From positions 1 to 24,837 of the IMG/VR virus record IMGVR_UViG_3300006111_000037: a stretch of 24,837 nucleotides of DNA. One strand, written 5' to 3'. How positions within the stretch are numbered: position 1 is the stretch's first letter; every line of letters begins with the position of its first letter. This document shows, in pieces, positions 1-8,474 of the stretch. The translations under genes and the position numbers were made by a program. The notes under the pieces were generated by a model. That model was not told the origin of the DNA. It saw only the letters and a program-made list of their open reading frames with translations, and did no database searches. This stretch comes from a virus (taxonomy: Duplodnaviria; Caudoviricetes).

Positions 1-3000
1 CCTTGATAGGCCAATTGAAGTTGATGATCCAGTAGCAGCGATTGTAATGGAACCAGACCCGTTAGTAACGGAAATGCCAGTACCAGCGGTAATTGTTGCA
101 AGTGTATATGTTGACCCGTTACCAACCAGTAATTGACCATTTGTAGGGGCGGTTGAAAGTTGCGTACCGCCCGCCGCCACAGGCAATGTACCTGCGGTTA
201 GTGCGGAGGAAGATGTGCTGTAAATAGCATTATTTGCGGCGGTAAATGTGGTTAATCCCGTACCGCCGTTAGTTGTCGCTAATGTACCCGCAACCGTTAC
301 TGCGCCCTGAGTCGCGGAAGACGGCGTTAAACCCGTTGTTCCAAAGTTAATAGACGTGACAGCCACAGATGTTGCGGCTGACCAAGAAGGCGCGGCCCCC
401 GTATTACCGATCAATACCTGACCAGTCGTACCAGCAGCGGTTACTCCCAATGCGCTTGTCGTATTGCCGTAGATAACGCCGTTAGCGGTAAAAGTCGTAG
501 CGCCCGTACCACCGTTACCAACTGTTAACGCATTGGTTAAGTTTAATGTGCTAATTGTAACTGCGCCAGTAGATACGTTTCCAATAGAAATTGTACCCGT
601 ACCCTTGGCGTTAATAGTTAAGTTTTCGTTTGCACCGGATGATGTAACCGATAAAGCAAGACCGTTACCAACAGCGGCGGATTTTACGTTAAACCCGGTA
701 ACAGCCGATGCGGTTGAAGCATCTACGTTAAAAGATGGGTTGGTTGCGCCAGATGGACCAACCGCTAAAGCGTTAGATGATGTTGATGTAACGGTTAGCG
801 TACCGATACTTGGAGTGCTGGACCAAGCTGGGGCAACACCAACACCGCCAGAAACCAACACCGAACCTGTAGCTACATCCGCCAATTTAGAAAGCGTTGT
901 AGCGCCGGAAGCATAAAGTAAATCGCCCGTTGTATAGGACGTAATGTTCGTACCGCCACTTGCAACAGGAACAACGCCGGAAAGGGTTGCAAGCGTAACG
1001 GTTGTCCAAGAAGGGGCAGCGGAAGCGCCGCCAGAAGTTAGGAATTGACCAGATGTGCCATATGTTCCAGCGCCAATACCAAATTGACCAGCGGGGCCGA
1101 ATCGGAAAGCTTCCGTTGATGAGTTACTGCCCGTAGCGGTTGTGAACACAGACGCATACGTTCCCTGCGCCGTATCCGTGAAGTTTTCCGCTGCCGTTAT
1201 ATCAAAACGACCTGTAGATGCGGCGCCAAAACCAGTTGCACCATAACCGCGACCAGTAAACTGGGCAATTGTATCGCCAGATTGCGATGCTGTTGGAGAT
1301 GCGGCAGTTCCACGGGCGGAACGTGCTGTATATACACCATAAGCACCTGTGCCGTATGCGTCCTGCGTAATACGGGTATTGGCGGCATTAGCGCCCATAA
1401 TATATATGTCAGTACCCGCTGGTAGGCCCGTTGTTGGGGGCGTAGCGGTTTGACTATTTGATAAAACTGTTAATGTTGTATTTGGAGCAACGGTATTTAA
1501 ACCAAGGCGGAAATTGGTGTTATCCCAGAAAAACTTTGAGTTATTTTGAGAATAGACACCTGAAGCGCCCGAAAATACAACCGAACCCGCAGTAAACGTT
1601 GTTGTTGTACCCGTTCCGCCATTTGTAACGCCCAACGTTCCAGTTACGCCCGTAGTTAATGGAAGACCAGTTGCATTGGTCAAAACAGCGGCAGATGGCG
1701 TACCAAGGGCGGGGGTAACAAGCGTTGGAGACGTTGAAAGAACAACAGATCCTGTGCCAGTTGAGGTTGTGACGCCCGTACCGCCAGCAAGAACAGGAAG
1801 TGTACCCGCCGTTAATGCGGATGCGGATGTTGAATAAATAGCGTTATTTGCCGCCGTAAAGGTCGTAAGGTTAGTCCCACCATTGGCGGTTGGTAATGTT
1901 CCGGTTACGCCCGCTGTAAGAGATACTTGACCAAACGAAGCTGCGGCGGATGAACCGTTGGAAAGAAGCGCATACCCAGTTGTTGCAGATGGGGAAATCT
2001 GACCAACAGAGGACGTGCTTGGGGCATATAACAATCCATACGCGGTTAGCGTAGTTAAACCTGTTCCACCATTTCCAACGCCAACCGTTCCAAGGCCAAT
2101 TGTATTACCCGTTTTGGTAATAGGGGCAGAAACTTGAATGTTGCCGGAAGAAGAAATTTGCGACCAAACCAATGCGGTTGAACCAACGGTAATTGTACCA
2201 GTCGTCGTCATGGTCCAAGAAGTTGCGCCGTTTGTCGTGCCATTGCTGACGTAAACAGCAGCGCCAGTTTCAATGAAATTAGGCCCTGTTCCAACTGCGT
2301 TAAAATCGGTAGAACGGGTTAATACCCAGTTAGTTGAACCAGAACCTTGGTTTGTAACGACATAAATACCGTTTTGCAAACCACTTGATTGGTTTTTAAC
2401 CAAAACGCGGGTCGAATTAGTAACGTCAGTCGCGGTAAATGTATAACCATCAATGGTTAACGCTGCCTGAGTACCCGCATTGGTAATTGTAGCGCCAACA
2501 CCTGCTGTACCATTATTGTATGTTACCGTACCAAGGTCTGCGGTAGTCGCATAACCAGAGGCGGTGTGATACGTCGTATTGGCAACCGTTGAAACTGTGT
2601 TGTCGACATATTGTTTTGTCGAAGCTTGCAAGGCGGACGTTGGGTCCTGCGTCAAAGTAAGCGTTGTCAAACCAGAAATTGTAGAAGTACTGCCGCCAAG
2701 GGATATTGCGGTAGAACCAATCGTAATGGAGGAATTGGTCAACCCAGCATTTGGAATAGTAGAAACAGCGGTAAACGCACTTGTTCCGTTACCAACAAGA
2801 TAGCCCGTTAAGGTTGTAGCCCCAGTACCACCATTGGAAACAGGAAGCGTACCCGTTACGCCAGTTGTTAAAGGTAATCCCGTAGCATTTGTCAAAACCG
2901 CAGCAGATGGGGTTCCAAGGGCTGGCGTTACAAGCGTTGGCGAATTTGACAACACTACTGAACCAGTACCCGTAGAGGTTGTAACCCCAGTTCCCCCCGC

Positions 3001-4251
3001 CGTTACAGGCAACGTGCCGGATGTTAAAGCTGACGTAGAGGTGGCATATAATGCACCTCCAGACGTAAATGATGTTAAGCCAGTACCGCCATTTGCGGTA
3101 CCCAACGTCCCACTTACATGCGTAGTAAGACCAATTTTACCCCAAGACGGAGCAACACCGACTCCGCCAGAAATAAGTGCATTGCCAGTAGCCACGTCAT
3201 TAAGACGGGCCAAGGTGGAAGATGATGAAGCATAAAGCAAATCACCTGTCGTATACGACCCATAACCCGTACCGCCCTGTGTTTCCGCCAGTGGTGTGGT
3301 TAGCCCCGTTATACTTGTAATGTCGCTATTCGCGCCAGAAGAGGCTACACCAAGAGCCGTTCTTGCCCCCGGAGCAGTTGTTGCGCCTGTACCACCATAC
3401 CCAATAGAAATAGCGGTTCCATTCCACGTACCAGTAGCAATCGTTGCTAAATTGGTTGTTCCATTGGCGGTGAGGTTTGTAAAAGAACCAGAACTTGGAG
3501 TTGATGCGCCAATTGTCGTCTGGTTAATTGAACCGCCCGTAATTGCAACGGAGTTCGCATTTTGCGTCGCCATTGTTCCAAGGCCAGTGACCTGACCCGA
3601 TGGAATCAAAATGTTAACATTTGACGCGGAAGTAATTTGACCTTGGGCATTGACGGTAAATTGAGGAACAACCGATGCGGAACCATAAGTTCCCGCCGTA
3701 ACGCCCGTGCTGGAAATTGCAATGGTACCGGAGGTTGTAATCGTACCGCCGGACAAACCCGTTCCCGCCGTAATTGATGTAACACTACCACCACCAAATC
3801 CCTGTGCTTTAACGTAGGCAGTCGTTGCTAACGTCGTGCTTGAATCGCTGGTTGCAGGAGTTGGAGCCGTAGGAACCCCAGTAAATGCGGGGGAAGCTAA
3901 CGGTGCCGCCCCCAATAGACTCATTGTCTGAGCTACAGTTAAATCTGTTGGGGCAGAAGAAACCCCCGTATTGTTGCCTTTGATGGTATTGGCGGGCATG
4001 TTCGCTAAGTAAGAATTGGATAGCGAACCCGTTGGCAATCCAATTGTCCCCGTAGACGTAATCGTCCCACCGGAAAGCGGAGATTGCACCGTAATAGATG
4101 TAATACCATTATTTGGGTAAGTTTGTTGGGTATATTGCGCGATTTGCCCTACCGTAAGGTAAACGGTCGTCCCGTTTTGCACCGCAGGAATTTGATTGTT
4201 TGCGGTCGCCGCTGTAGTTGATGGCAGGTTTGAAATGGAAATATTTGACAT
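1..4251 (-). CDS. Large Thr/Gly/Ser-rich tail fibre/adhesin-like protein, >1417 aa, 3' end truncated by window (absent from ORF track)
   Basis: ATG at 4251 directly after the TAA of the upstream gene. Frame read manually: MSNISISNLPSTTAATANNQIPAVQNG...ASPAFTGVPTAPT...LATTAYV...many NGGTG repeats...RVLVKNQSSGLQNGIYVV...SSSTSIGLSR, no stop found to position 1. These motifs are typical of phage tail fibres. Confidence 0.9.
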   Translation of the reverse strand, partial: MSNISISNLPSTTAATANNQIPAVQNGTTVYLTVGQIAQYTQQTYPNNGITSITVQSPLSGGTITSTGTIGLPTGSLSNSYLANMPANTIKGNNTGVSSAPTDLTVAQTMSLLGAAPLASPAFTGVPTAPTPATSDSSTTLATTAYVKAQGFGGGSVTSITAGTGLSGGTITTSGTIAISSTGVTAGTYGSASVVPQFTVNAQGQITSASNVNILIPSGQVTGLGTMATQNANSVAITGGSINQTTIGASTPSSGSFTNLTANGTTNLATIATGTWNGTAISIGYGGTGATTAPGARTALGVASSGANSDITSITGLTTPLAETQGGTGYGSYTTGDLLYASSSSTLARLNDVATGNALISGGVGVAPSWGKIGLTTHVSGTLGTANGGTGLTSFTSGGALYATSTSALTSGTLPVTAGGTGVTTSTGTGSVVLSNSPTLVTPALGTPSAAVLTNATGLPLTTGVTGTLPVSNGGTGATTLTGYLVGNGTSAFTAVSTIPNAGLTNSSITIGSTAISLGGSTSTISGLTTLTLTQDPTSALQASTKQYVDNTVSTVANTTYHTASGYATTADLGTVTYNNGTAGVGATITNAGTQAALTIDGYTFTATDVTNSTRVLVKNQSSGLQNGIYVVTNQGSGSTNWVLTRSTDFNAVGTGPNFIETGAAVYVSNGTTNGATSWTMTTTGTITVGSTALVWSQISSSGNIQVSAPITKTGNTIGLGTVGVGNGGTGLTTLTAYGLLYAPSTSSVGQISPSATTGYALLSNGSSAAASFGQVSLTAGVTGTLPTANGGTNLTTFTAANNAIYSTSASALTAGTLPVLAGGTGVTTSTGTGSVVLSTSPTLVTPALGTPSAAVLTNATGLPLTTGVTGTLGVTNGGTGTTTTFTAGSVVFSGASGVYSQNNSKFFWDNTNFRLGLNTVAPNTTLTVLSNSQTATPPTTGLPAGTDIYIMGANAANTRITQDAYGTGAYGVYTARSARGTAASPTASQSGDTIAQFTGRGYGATGFGAASTGRFDITAAENFTDTAQGTYASVFTTATGSNSSTEAFRFGPAGQFGIGAGTYGTSGQFLTSGGASAAPSWTTVTLATLSGVVPVASGGTNITSYTTGDLLYASGATTLSKLADVATGSVLVSGGVGVAPAWSSTPSIGTLTVTSTSSNALAVGPSGATNPSFNVDASTASAVTGFNVKSAAVGNGLALSVTSSGANENLTINAKGTGTISIGNVSTGAVTISTLNLTNALTVGNGGTGATTFTANGVIYGNTTSALGVTAAGTTGQVLIGNTGAAPSWSAATSVAVTSINFGTTGLTPSSATQGAVTVAGTLATTNGGTGLTTFTAANNAIYSTSSSALTAGTLPVAAGGTQLSTAPTNGQLLVGNGSTYTLATITAGTGISVTNGSGSITIAATGSSTSIGLSR
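1633..1806 (-). repeat. Internal 58-codon repeat of tail fibre, copy 2 (copy 1 at 2845-3018)
   Basis: GTLPV(L/T)AGGTGVTTSTGTGSVVLS(T/N)SPTLVTPALGTPSAAVLTNATGLPLTTGVTGTL, 56/58 aa identical between copies. Confidence 0.9.
2845..3018 (-). repeat. Internal 58-codon repeat of tail fibre, copy 1
   Basis: Manual codon alignment with 1633-1806. Confidence 0.9.
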
Positions 4252-4980
4252 TTACGCACCTGTTTGAACGATTTGTGTATATTGCGGCGGAATACCAACG
4301 GACGCAGTTACTATACGTGTATTTGGACCCAAAAGTCCACCTGAAGGTATAGCAGAATTAGCTTGATATGTAAAAGAAACCGCCGATAAAACGGTTACAC
4401 TGTACATACCCATAGCGTTGTTGTTTGTTGTCCCCGTAACCGATATTTGGCTGCCAGTTGAGAGGTTATTTGCGGCGGATGTCGTCACGGTAACGGTAGT
4501 GGAACCATCAGCGGTAATTGATAGCACGGGTAATAGAATATCGTATTGCGTCTGGTTGATTAACGGCATTAACGCATTAGGATCAAGATCTGCGGGCTTG
4601 CCAATGGGCTGCGCGGTTAAAGTTTGCCCATCTTCCGTAATCAGATCAACATTATTGGGGACGGGAATGCCAGTGGCGGTGTTAATGGTAAAGCCGGGTT
4701 CCGCCAAATTGCTTGTATTGTAGTAATCATACGAATCAGGACGGGCATTCATAATTGGAATCGGGTCTTGACTGACCATAATTGGTTTTAACTGAGCCTG
4801 AGGCTTGTCATAGCATTTTTCGCACACCAAAAATCGCAGGTTCTGCAATTGCGGACCACGGTAATCAAATTGAAAACGCAGGGTCTTATGGTTGTAAATA
4901 AACCCGCAACGGTCGCACCGCCCCCATGCGGAGGGGGAGTTAGGATTCGCATATGCATGGCCGTGGGGACGATAAGCCAT
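4252..4980 (-). CDS. Phage protein with N-terminal CxxC...CxxC Zn-finger and C-terminal beta-rich domain (putative virion protein)
   Basis: 242 aa; GRCDRCGF...LVCEKCYDKPQAQL; C-terminal TTVTVTTSAANNLSTGSQISVTG...GMYSVTV...SFTY module; start overlaps upstream stop (TAATG). Confidence 0.8.
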   Translation of the reverse strand: MAYRPHGHAYANPNSPSAWGRCDRCGFIYNHKTLRFQFDYRGPQLQNLRFLVCEKCYDKPQAQLKPIMVSQDPIPIMNARPDSYDYYNTSNLAEPGFTINTATGIPVPNNVDLITEDGQTLTAQPIGKPADLDPNALMPLINQTQYDILLPVLSITADGSTTVTVTTSAANNLSTGSQISVTGTTNNNAMGMYSVTVLSAVSFTYQANSAIPSGGLLGPNTRIVTASVGIPPQYTQIVQTGA

Positions 4981-5579
4981 TAGTGCAAAGCCTCCATCCG
5001 CCTTTGTGCATGAGTTTCACGAAGAGCAGCAGTAATTTTGGCTTGATGTTCTGGGGTACGTGGTTTCTTTTTGCCTTTATGGGCAGCAGATATTTTGGCC
5101 CGCCATTCAGGTGTTTTGCGTTTACCTTTTTGGACAGCAGACATTTTTGCGCGATATTCGGGGGTCGTGTTTGTTTTTTGAGCCGTTTTTCTCATTTGTT
5201 CCCGTCTTTCTGCGGAAACAATTTTGCCCTTTTTTTGTTCAGAAAGTAAACGTTTAGTTTCTTCTGTGTGCTTAATACCTTTTGCACCTTCTCCGCCAGC
5301 GGCCAAATTGTATTCAGGTTTTAATTCAGCAATAAGTCGAATTTCTGCTGCTATCATGTCATCAATATTTGCATGGATTTCTAATATTTCCCATGAAAAA
5401 GCGTCTTCACCATATTTGCGAATTGCTGCATGAAACTTAGGGCAACTTCCGCCATTTGAAAATTTGGCCCTTGCCTTAGAATAATGATTGGATTTACGAT
5501 ATGACAAACCACGGGATGTAACGCCAATATAGCGGTTCCCGTTTACAATGTTTGTCGCTACGTAAACTATGTAAGCCAT
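4980..5579 (-). CDS. Free-standing GIY-YIG homing endonuclease with NUMOD3-type DNA-binding repeats
   Basis: YIVYVATNIVNGNRYIGVT (GIY-YIG), conserved R, E and PEYNL; C-terminal HTEETKRLLSEQKKG, TPEYRAKMSAVQKGK and TPEWRAKISAAHKGK repeats. Confidence 0.92.
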   Translation of the reverse strand: MAYIVYVATNIVNGNRYIGVTSRGLSYRKSNHYSKARAKFSNGGSCPKFHAAIRKYGEDAFSWEILEIHANIDDMIAAEIRLIAELKPEYNLAAGGEGAKGIKHTEETKRLLSEQKKGKIVSAERREQMRKTAQKTNTTPEYRAKMSAVQKGKRKTPEWRAKISAAHKGKKKPRTPEHQAKITAALRETHAQRRMEALH

Positions 5580-5581
5580 TG

Positions 5582-6505
5582 TTAAGAAACCCTAAAATAT
5601 CCCGCTAATCCAGGCATAATATAAAGTGGGACGTTTTCCGTATCCTGCGTAGCGGCTATCGTATACGCCTGTTCCGCCTTAGCTTCCAATAATTGGAGCC
5701 TGTCAGGGGCATAAATAGCGGATAACCGTGCCGCTAATCCAGAGGCCATCGCATCCAGCCAACGATACGGAATGTCAACCGTTTGGCCGCCCGTTAGATT
5801 TGCATCTTGGATCTGATGAACCCTGTAATAGTTTAACGTATAGTAACCAGTCTGGTCTGGAACAGGCCAAACGGTGATCGTTGGGCTAATTAAACGGTCA
5901 AACCAGAACACTGTTGGCGGCGATTGAAGCAATTTATTTGGCGTTTGGGAGTATTCTGTGCGCGAAATAGGCATAATAACGCGGTCAAACTGCGAAGAAG
6001 TGCCGCTATTGTATCGAATAAACGCATCCAAAACCATAACTGTTGGACGTGCATCGCCCGTAACAGTACCCGCCACAGTCAAGCTACCCGTTGTGGAATT
6101 TGCATAAGACACAGTCGTAGATGTAGATGCGGTAACAACATACGTACCATTGTACCCAGTAGGGGTCATGCCCGCCACAGTAATTGGAGAGCCAACGGGA
6201 TACGTATTGGTACTGCTATAAGTAAGAGTAGCGGTTGTACCAGTGCCGGAAATGGCGGTAATATTATCTATAGGGGCCGCCGAATAGGTTGTTACGCCTT
6301 GAACAAGAGGTACGGATATAAGATCCACTTCCCACAGATTGACGCCTTGGTTAGCCCAAGACGCCAACATAAGGTTGGTTTCCATCGTAGCGTCTGCAAA
6401 ATGCTCTTGCAGAAGCGAAGTACGGCGGATTCCGCAACGCGAAAACGCATTGAGGACTAACTCACCTAAGCTGGGTTGGAAGTTGTACGTACCCGAACTG
6501 GTCAT
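5582..6505 (-). CDS. Putative head-tail adaptor/connector protein with inserted beta-rich domain
   Basis: 307 aa; MTSSGTYNF...EL(V)LNAF.RCG...WANQGVNLW...ISRTEY..PNK....P...WPVPD pattern typical of adaptor-like proteins after the capsid genes; function inferred from position and motifs. Confidence 0.65.
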   Translation of the reverse strand: MTSSGTYNFQPSLGELVLNAFSRCGIRRTSLLQEHFADATMETNLMLASWANQGVNLWEVDLISVPLVQGVTTYSAAPIDNITAISGTGTTATLTYSSTNTYPVGSPITVAGMTPTGYNGTYVVTASTSTTVSYANSTTGSLTVAGTVTGDARPTVMVLDAFIRYNSGTSSQFDRVIMPISRTEYSQTPNKLLQSPPTVFWFDRLISPTITVWPVPDQTGYYTLNYYRVHQIQDANLTGGQTVDIPYRWLDAMASGLAARLSAIYAPDRLQLLEAKAEQAYTIAATQDTENVPLYIMPGLAGYFRVS

Positions 6506-6514
6506 TTGCTATCC

Positions 6515-7312
6515 TTAGAAGATAGTACCGTCGTTTGCTATTAAAACACCGCCAATATTGATGCTCACAACTGCCGCCGCCGCAGCGCTTGATGCAATTT
6601 GGAAGCGCAAATCGGTTTTTTCCGCATAAGCAAATGGGAAATGGCGTTGTACTTCATATGTTGTGTTGAATGGTGTAGTTACAATTAGCTTTTGAACGCC
6701 TGACGATGAATTGGTAATTGCCCGATACGTTGTATAGTTTGCGCTGTTTCCGTTGAACGAAGAATAAGCGCCATAACGATAACCGTAAAATGTGTAACCT
6801 GCGGGAACCGTATATACAGCCTGTTGAGATGCGCCAAGGCTTGATGTTGTTCCGTTAAATACGCCCGTATTGATCTGGGCATACGTTACACCGCCGTTGA
6901 TTAGTGTTATGACACCGGATGGATTAGTCGTACTTCCAACGGAAACAAACATATTATTGATGCGGAAATACTGGTTTACCGTTGGCACATTGGTTGTGCC
7001 ATTTAAAACAAGATTTTCGGTAAGCACATTGTAATTAGCATCCAAACCAACAATGGTAATCGTTGCGGTATCGGTATTCACCGTACTAACAAGGTTCATT
7101 GTCACAGCGGAAGACGGAAACACATATTCTGTTGATCCCATATTCTCCCAAACGGTGCGAAATAACCCAGCCGTTGCGGGGGTCGTGCCATAACCAAAAA
7201 TATTGGTGGGCGTATGGCCCGTAATTTGATTGCGGGAAACCTGCAACTCAAATGGTTCATAATAACCACGTTTAGTGACGGAATCGTTAATTACAAAAGC
7301 TTGGCTGGTCAT
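6515..7312 (-). CDS. Phage structural protein (hypothetical, beta-rich)
   Basis: 265 aa; EPFELQVSRNQITGH...GLDANY...FRIN...AVYTVPAGYT...EKTD; located in the virion operon. Confidence 0.7.
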   Translation of the reverse strand: MTSQAFVINDSVTKRGYYEPFELQVSRNQITGHTPTNIFGYGTTPATAGLFRTVWENMGSTEYVFPSSAVTMNLVSTVNTDTATITIVGLDANYNVLTENLVLNGTTNVPTVNQYFRINNMFVSVGSTTNPSGVITLINGGVTYAQINTGVFNGTTSSLGASQQAVYTVPAGYTFYGYRYGAYSSFNGNSANYTTYRAITNSSSGVQKLIVTTPFNTTYEVQRHFPFAYAEKTDLRFQIASSAAAAAVVSINIGGVLIANDGTIF

Positions 7313-7314
7313 AA

Positions 7315-7479
7315 TTATTTACCTTTTTTACGTGCAACTGCTGCATTATCCACCAAATTTGGATAAGGACGGCCAGCCGCCCTTGCATGTGCTTTTGCGG
7401 TTGATTTTTGTTTTGCGGTGAGGTGTTTATGATGAGCATCTTTCTCAGCGGGATGCTCCCAAAAAGGTGTCTTAGCCAT
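7315..7479 (-). CDS. Small basic phage protein, 54 aa (absent from ORF track)
   Basis: MAKTPFWEHPAEKDAHHKHLTAKQKSTAKAHARAAGRPYPNLVDNAAVARKKGK; GAGG RBS; TAATG overlap with upstream ORF; fills the gap. Confidence 0.85.
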   Translation of the reverse strand: MAKTPFWEHPAEKDAHHKHLTAKQKSTAKAHARAAGRPYPNLVDNAAVARKKGK

Positions 7480-7559
7480 TATTTCCTCACCAAAAGAATA
7501 AGAATTATGCCGGAAAGGGCAACATTAACAATTTCACCAAATGATAAACCTACAACCAT
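7479..7559 (-). CDS. 26-aa hydrophobic microprotein, single predicted TM helix (absent from ORF track)
   Basis: MVVGLSFGEIVNVALSGIILILLVRK; starts 1 nt after the upstream TAA and its stop overlaps the next ATG. Confidence 0.6.
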   Translation of the reverse strand: MVVGLSFGEIVNVALSGIILILLVRK

Positions 7560-7560
7560 T

Positions 7561-7806
7561 TTAGCAACCCCATTTCCGAAGCGACTTATTGATCCGGCTT
7601 TCTGGATCATGCGCGTTTTTGTGATTTGTCAGTTTGGAACGCATCCCTTCCATCCGCGCACAGAATGACTTATGGCGGGAATTATGCGTATCTTTGGTGG
7701 GGGCTTTCAATGTGCCGCCCGTTTCAGAATGATACGAAGAACGACCCTTAGCGTTTAACCCGCCAGAGGGTGATTTACCTTCAGATCTTGTCCATGCAGC
7801 AGTCAT
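7561..7806 (-). CDS. Small basic phage protein (DUF6321-like)
   Basis: 81 aa; AWTRSEGKSPSGGLNAKGR...KSFCARM...DPESRINKSLRKWGC; strong GGAGG RBS; DUF assignment from memory. Confidence 0.75.
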   Translation of the reverse strand: MTAAWTRSEGKSPSGGLNAKGRSSYHSETGGTLKAPTKDTHNSRHKSFCARMEGMRSKLTNHKNAHDPESRINKSLRKWGC

Positions 7807-7817
7807 AAAAACCTCCG

Positions 7818-7845
7818 AAGAAAGAAGGGGGCCGCAGCCCCCCTC
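7818..7845 (-). terminator. Rho-independent terminator
   Basis: GAGGGGGGC-TGCG-GCCCCCTTC followed by TTTCTT, 2 nt after the stop at 7848. Confidence 0.75.
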
Positions 7846-7847
7846 AA

Positions 7848-8051
7848 TTAGTGCATTTTCTTCAACGTCTGAGCCAGTCTGGCGCGTTTAGCAAGAGTAG
7901 GGTTATCGCTATGCGCCGCTTTAGCTAACTTTTTGGCGGGGATTTTCTCCCCAGCCGGGACGTGAAGCTGCCGATGAAGCGCACCGGGATGCTTGATAGC
8001 ACCCTGAATCCACTTCGTAGCACCGCCATCAGCATGATGCTGACGGCTTAC
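7848..8051 (-). CDS. Small basic phage protein (KWIQxAIKxPGAL...RARLAQTL type) lacking a canonical start codon
   Basis: Frame open 8087-7848 encoding ...VSRQHHADGGATKWIQGAIKHPGALHRQLHVPAGEKIPAKKLAKAAHSDNPTLAKRARLAQTLKKMH; no ATG/GTG/TTG until the last 5 codons; followed by a terminator; 5' end uncertain. Confidence 0.7.
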   Translation of the reverse strand, partial: VSRQHHADGGATKWIQGAIKHPGALHRQLHVPAGEKIPAKKLAKAAHSDNPTLAKRARLAQTLKKMH

Positions 8052-8464
8052 GACTCCCCCGGCTCCACCATGCGGCCAGCAGGGGTCTTAACCTTGTTGG
8101 CTGCGGAGAAAGGACGCATCTCAGCGCCGCCAACTGCACCACCCGACTTACGGGCAGGGCGGTCAAGACGGTGATGAGCATGGTGACCATGCATTTCAAG
8201 GTGCTTATGCGCCTTGTGAGTGCGGCCACCGCGTTTACGGGCTGCATGCTTTTCCTTGGCTTCGTGTACCGTAGGAGAATTTGCACCTGCGTAAACGTCA
8301 TGTGGGGTTTCGTCTTTGTCTACTTGACCATGCATTGGCGATTCGACAGCGCCGCCCTTTTTGTGGGCAGCACGTTTCATCGTATGCATAGAATGCTTCT
8401 TAACCATGTGATGAGCATGACCGCCATGAGCATGGTGACCATGATGTTCAGAATGATGCTTCAT
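8048..8464 (-). CDS. His/Lys-rich low-complexity protein with xxxGG motifs (putative internal head protein)
   Basis: 138 aa, 25 His; HAHGG, HKKGG, RKRGG, RKSGG; AAGGAG RBS. Confidence 0.85.
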   Translation of the reverse strand: MKHHSEHHGHHAHGGHAHHMVKKHSMHTMKRAAHKKGGAVESPMHGQVDKDETPHDVYAGANSPTVHEAKEKHAARKRGGRTHKAHKHLEMHGHHAHHRLDRPARKSGGAVGGAEMRPFSAANKVKTPAGRMVEPGES

Positions 8465-8474
8465 GGGTTACTCC

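Noticed and set aside
533-3595. Plus-strand Val/Pro-rich ORFs in the track (533-916, 2579-2803, 2834-3235, 3296-3595)
   Set aside because: Antisense shadows of the Thr/Gly-rich tail-fibre gene
1-4251. Diversity-generating retroelement template/variable repeat pair in the fibre
   Set aside because: Differences between copies are synonymous and not adenine-specific; no reverse transcriptase in the window
4980-5579. Group I intron around the GIY-YIG gene
   Set aside because: No flanking non-coding sequence; both neighbours have their own start and stop
8029-8301. 90-aa minus ORF overlapping the His-rich gene
   Set aside because: Alternate frame without RBS; not the frame of the downstream KWIQ protein
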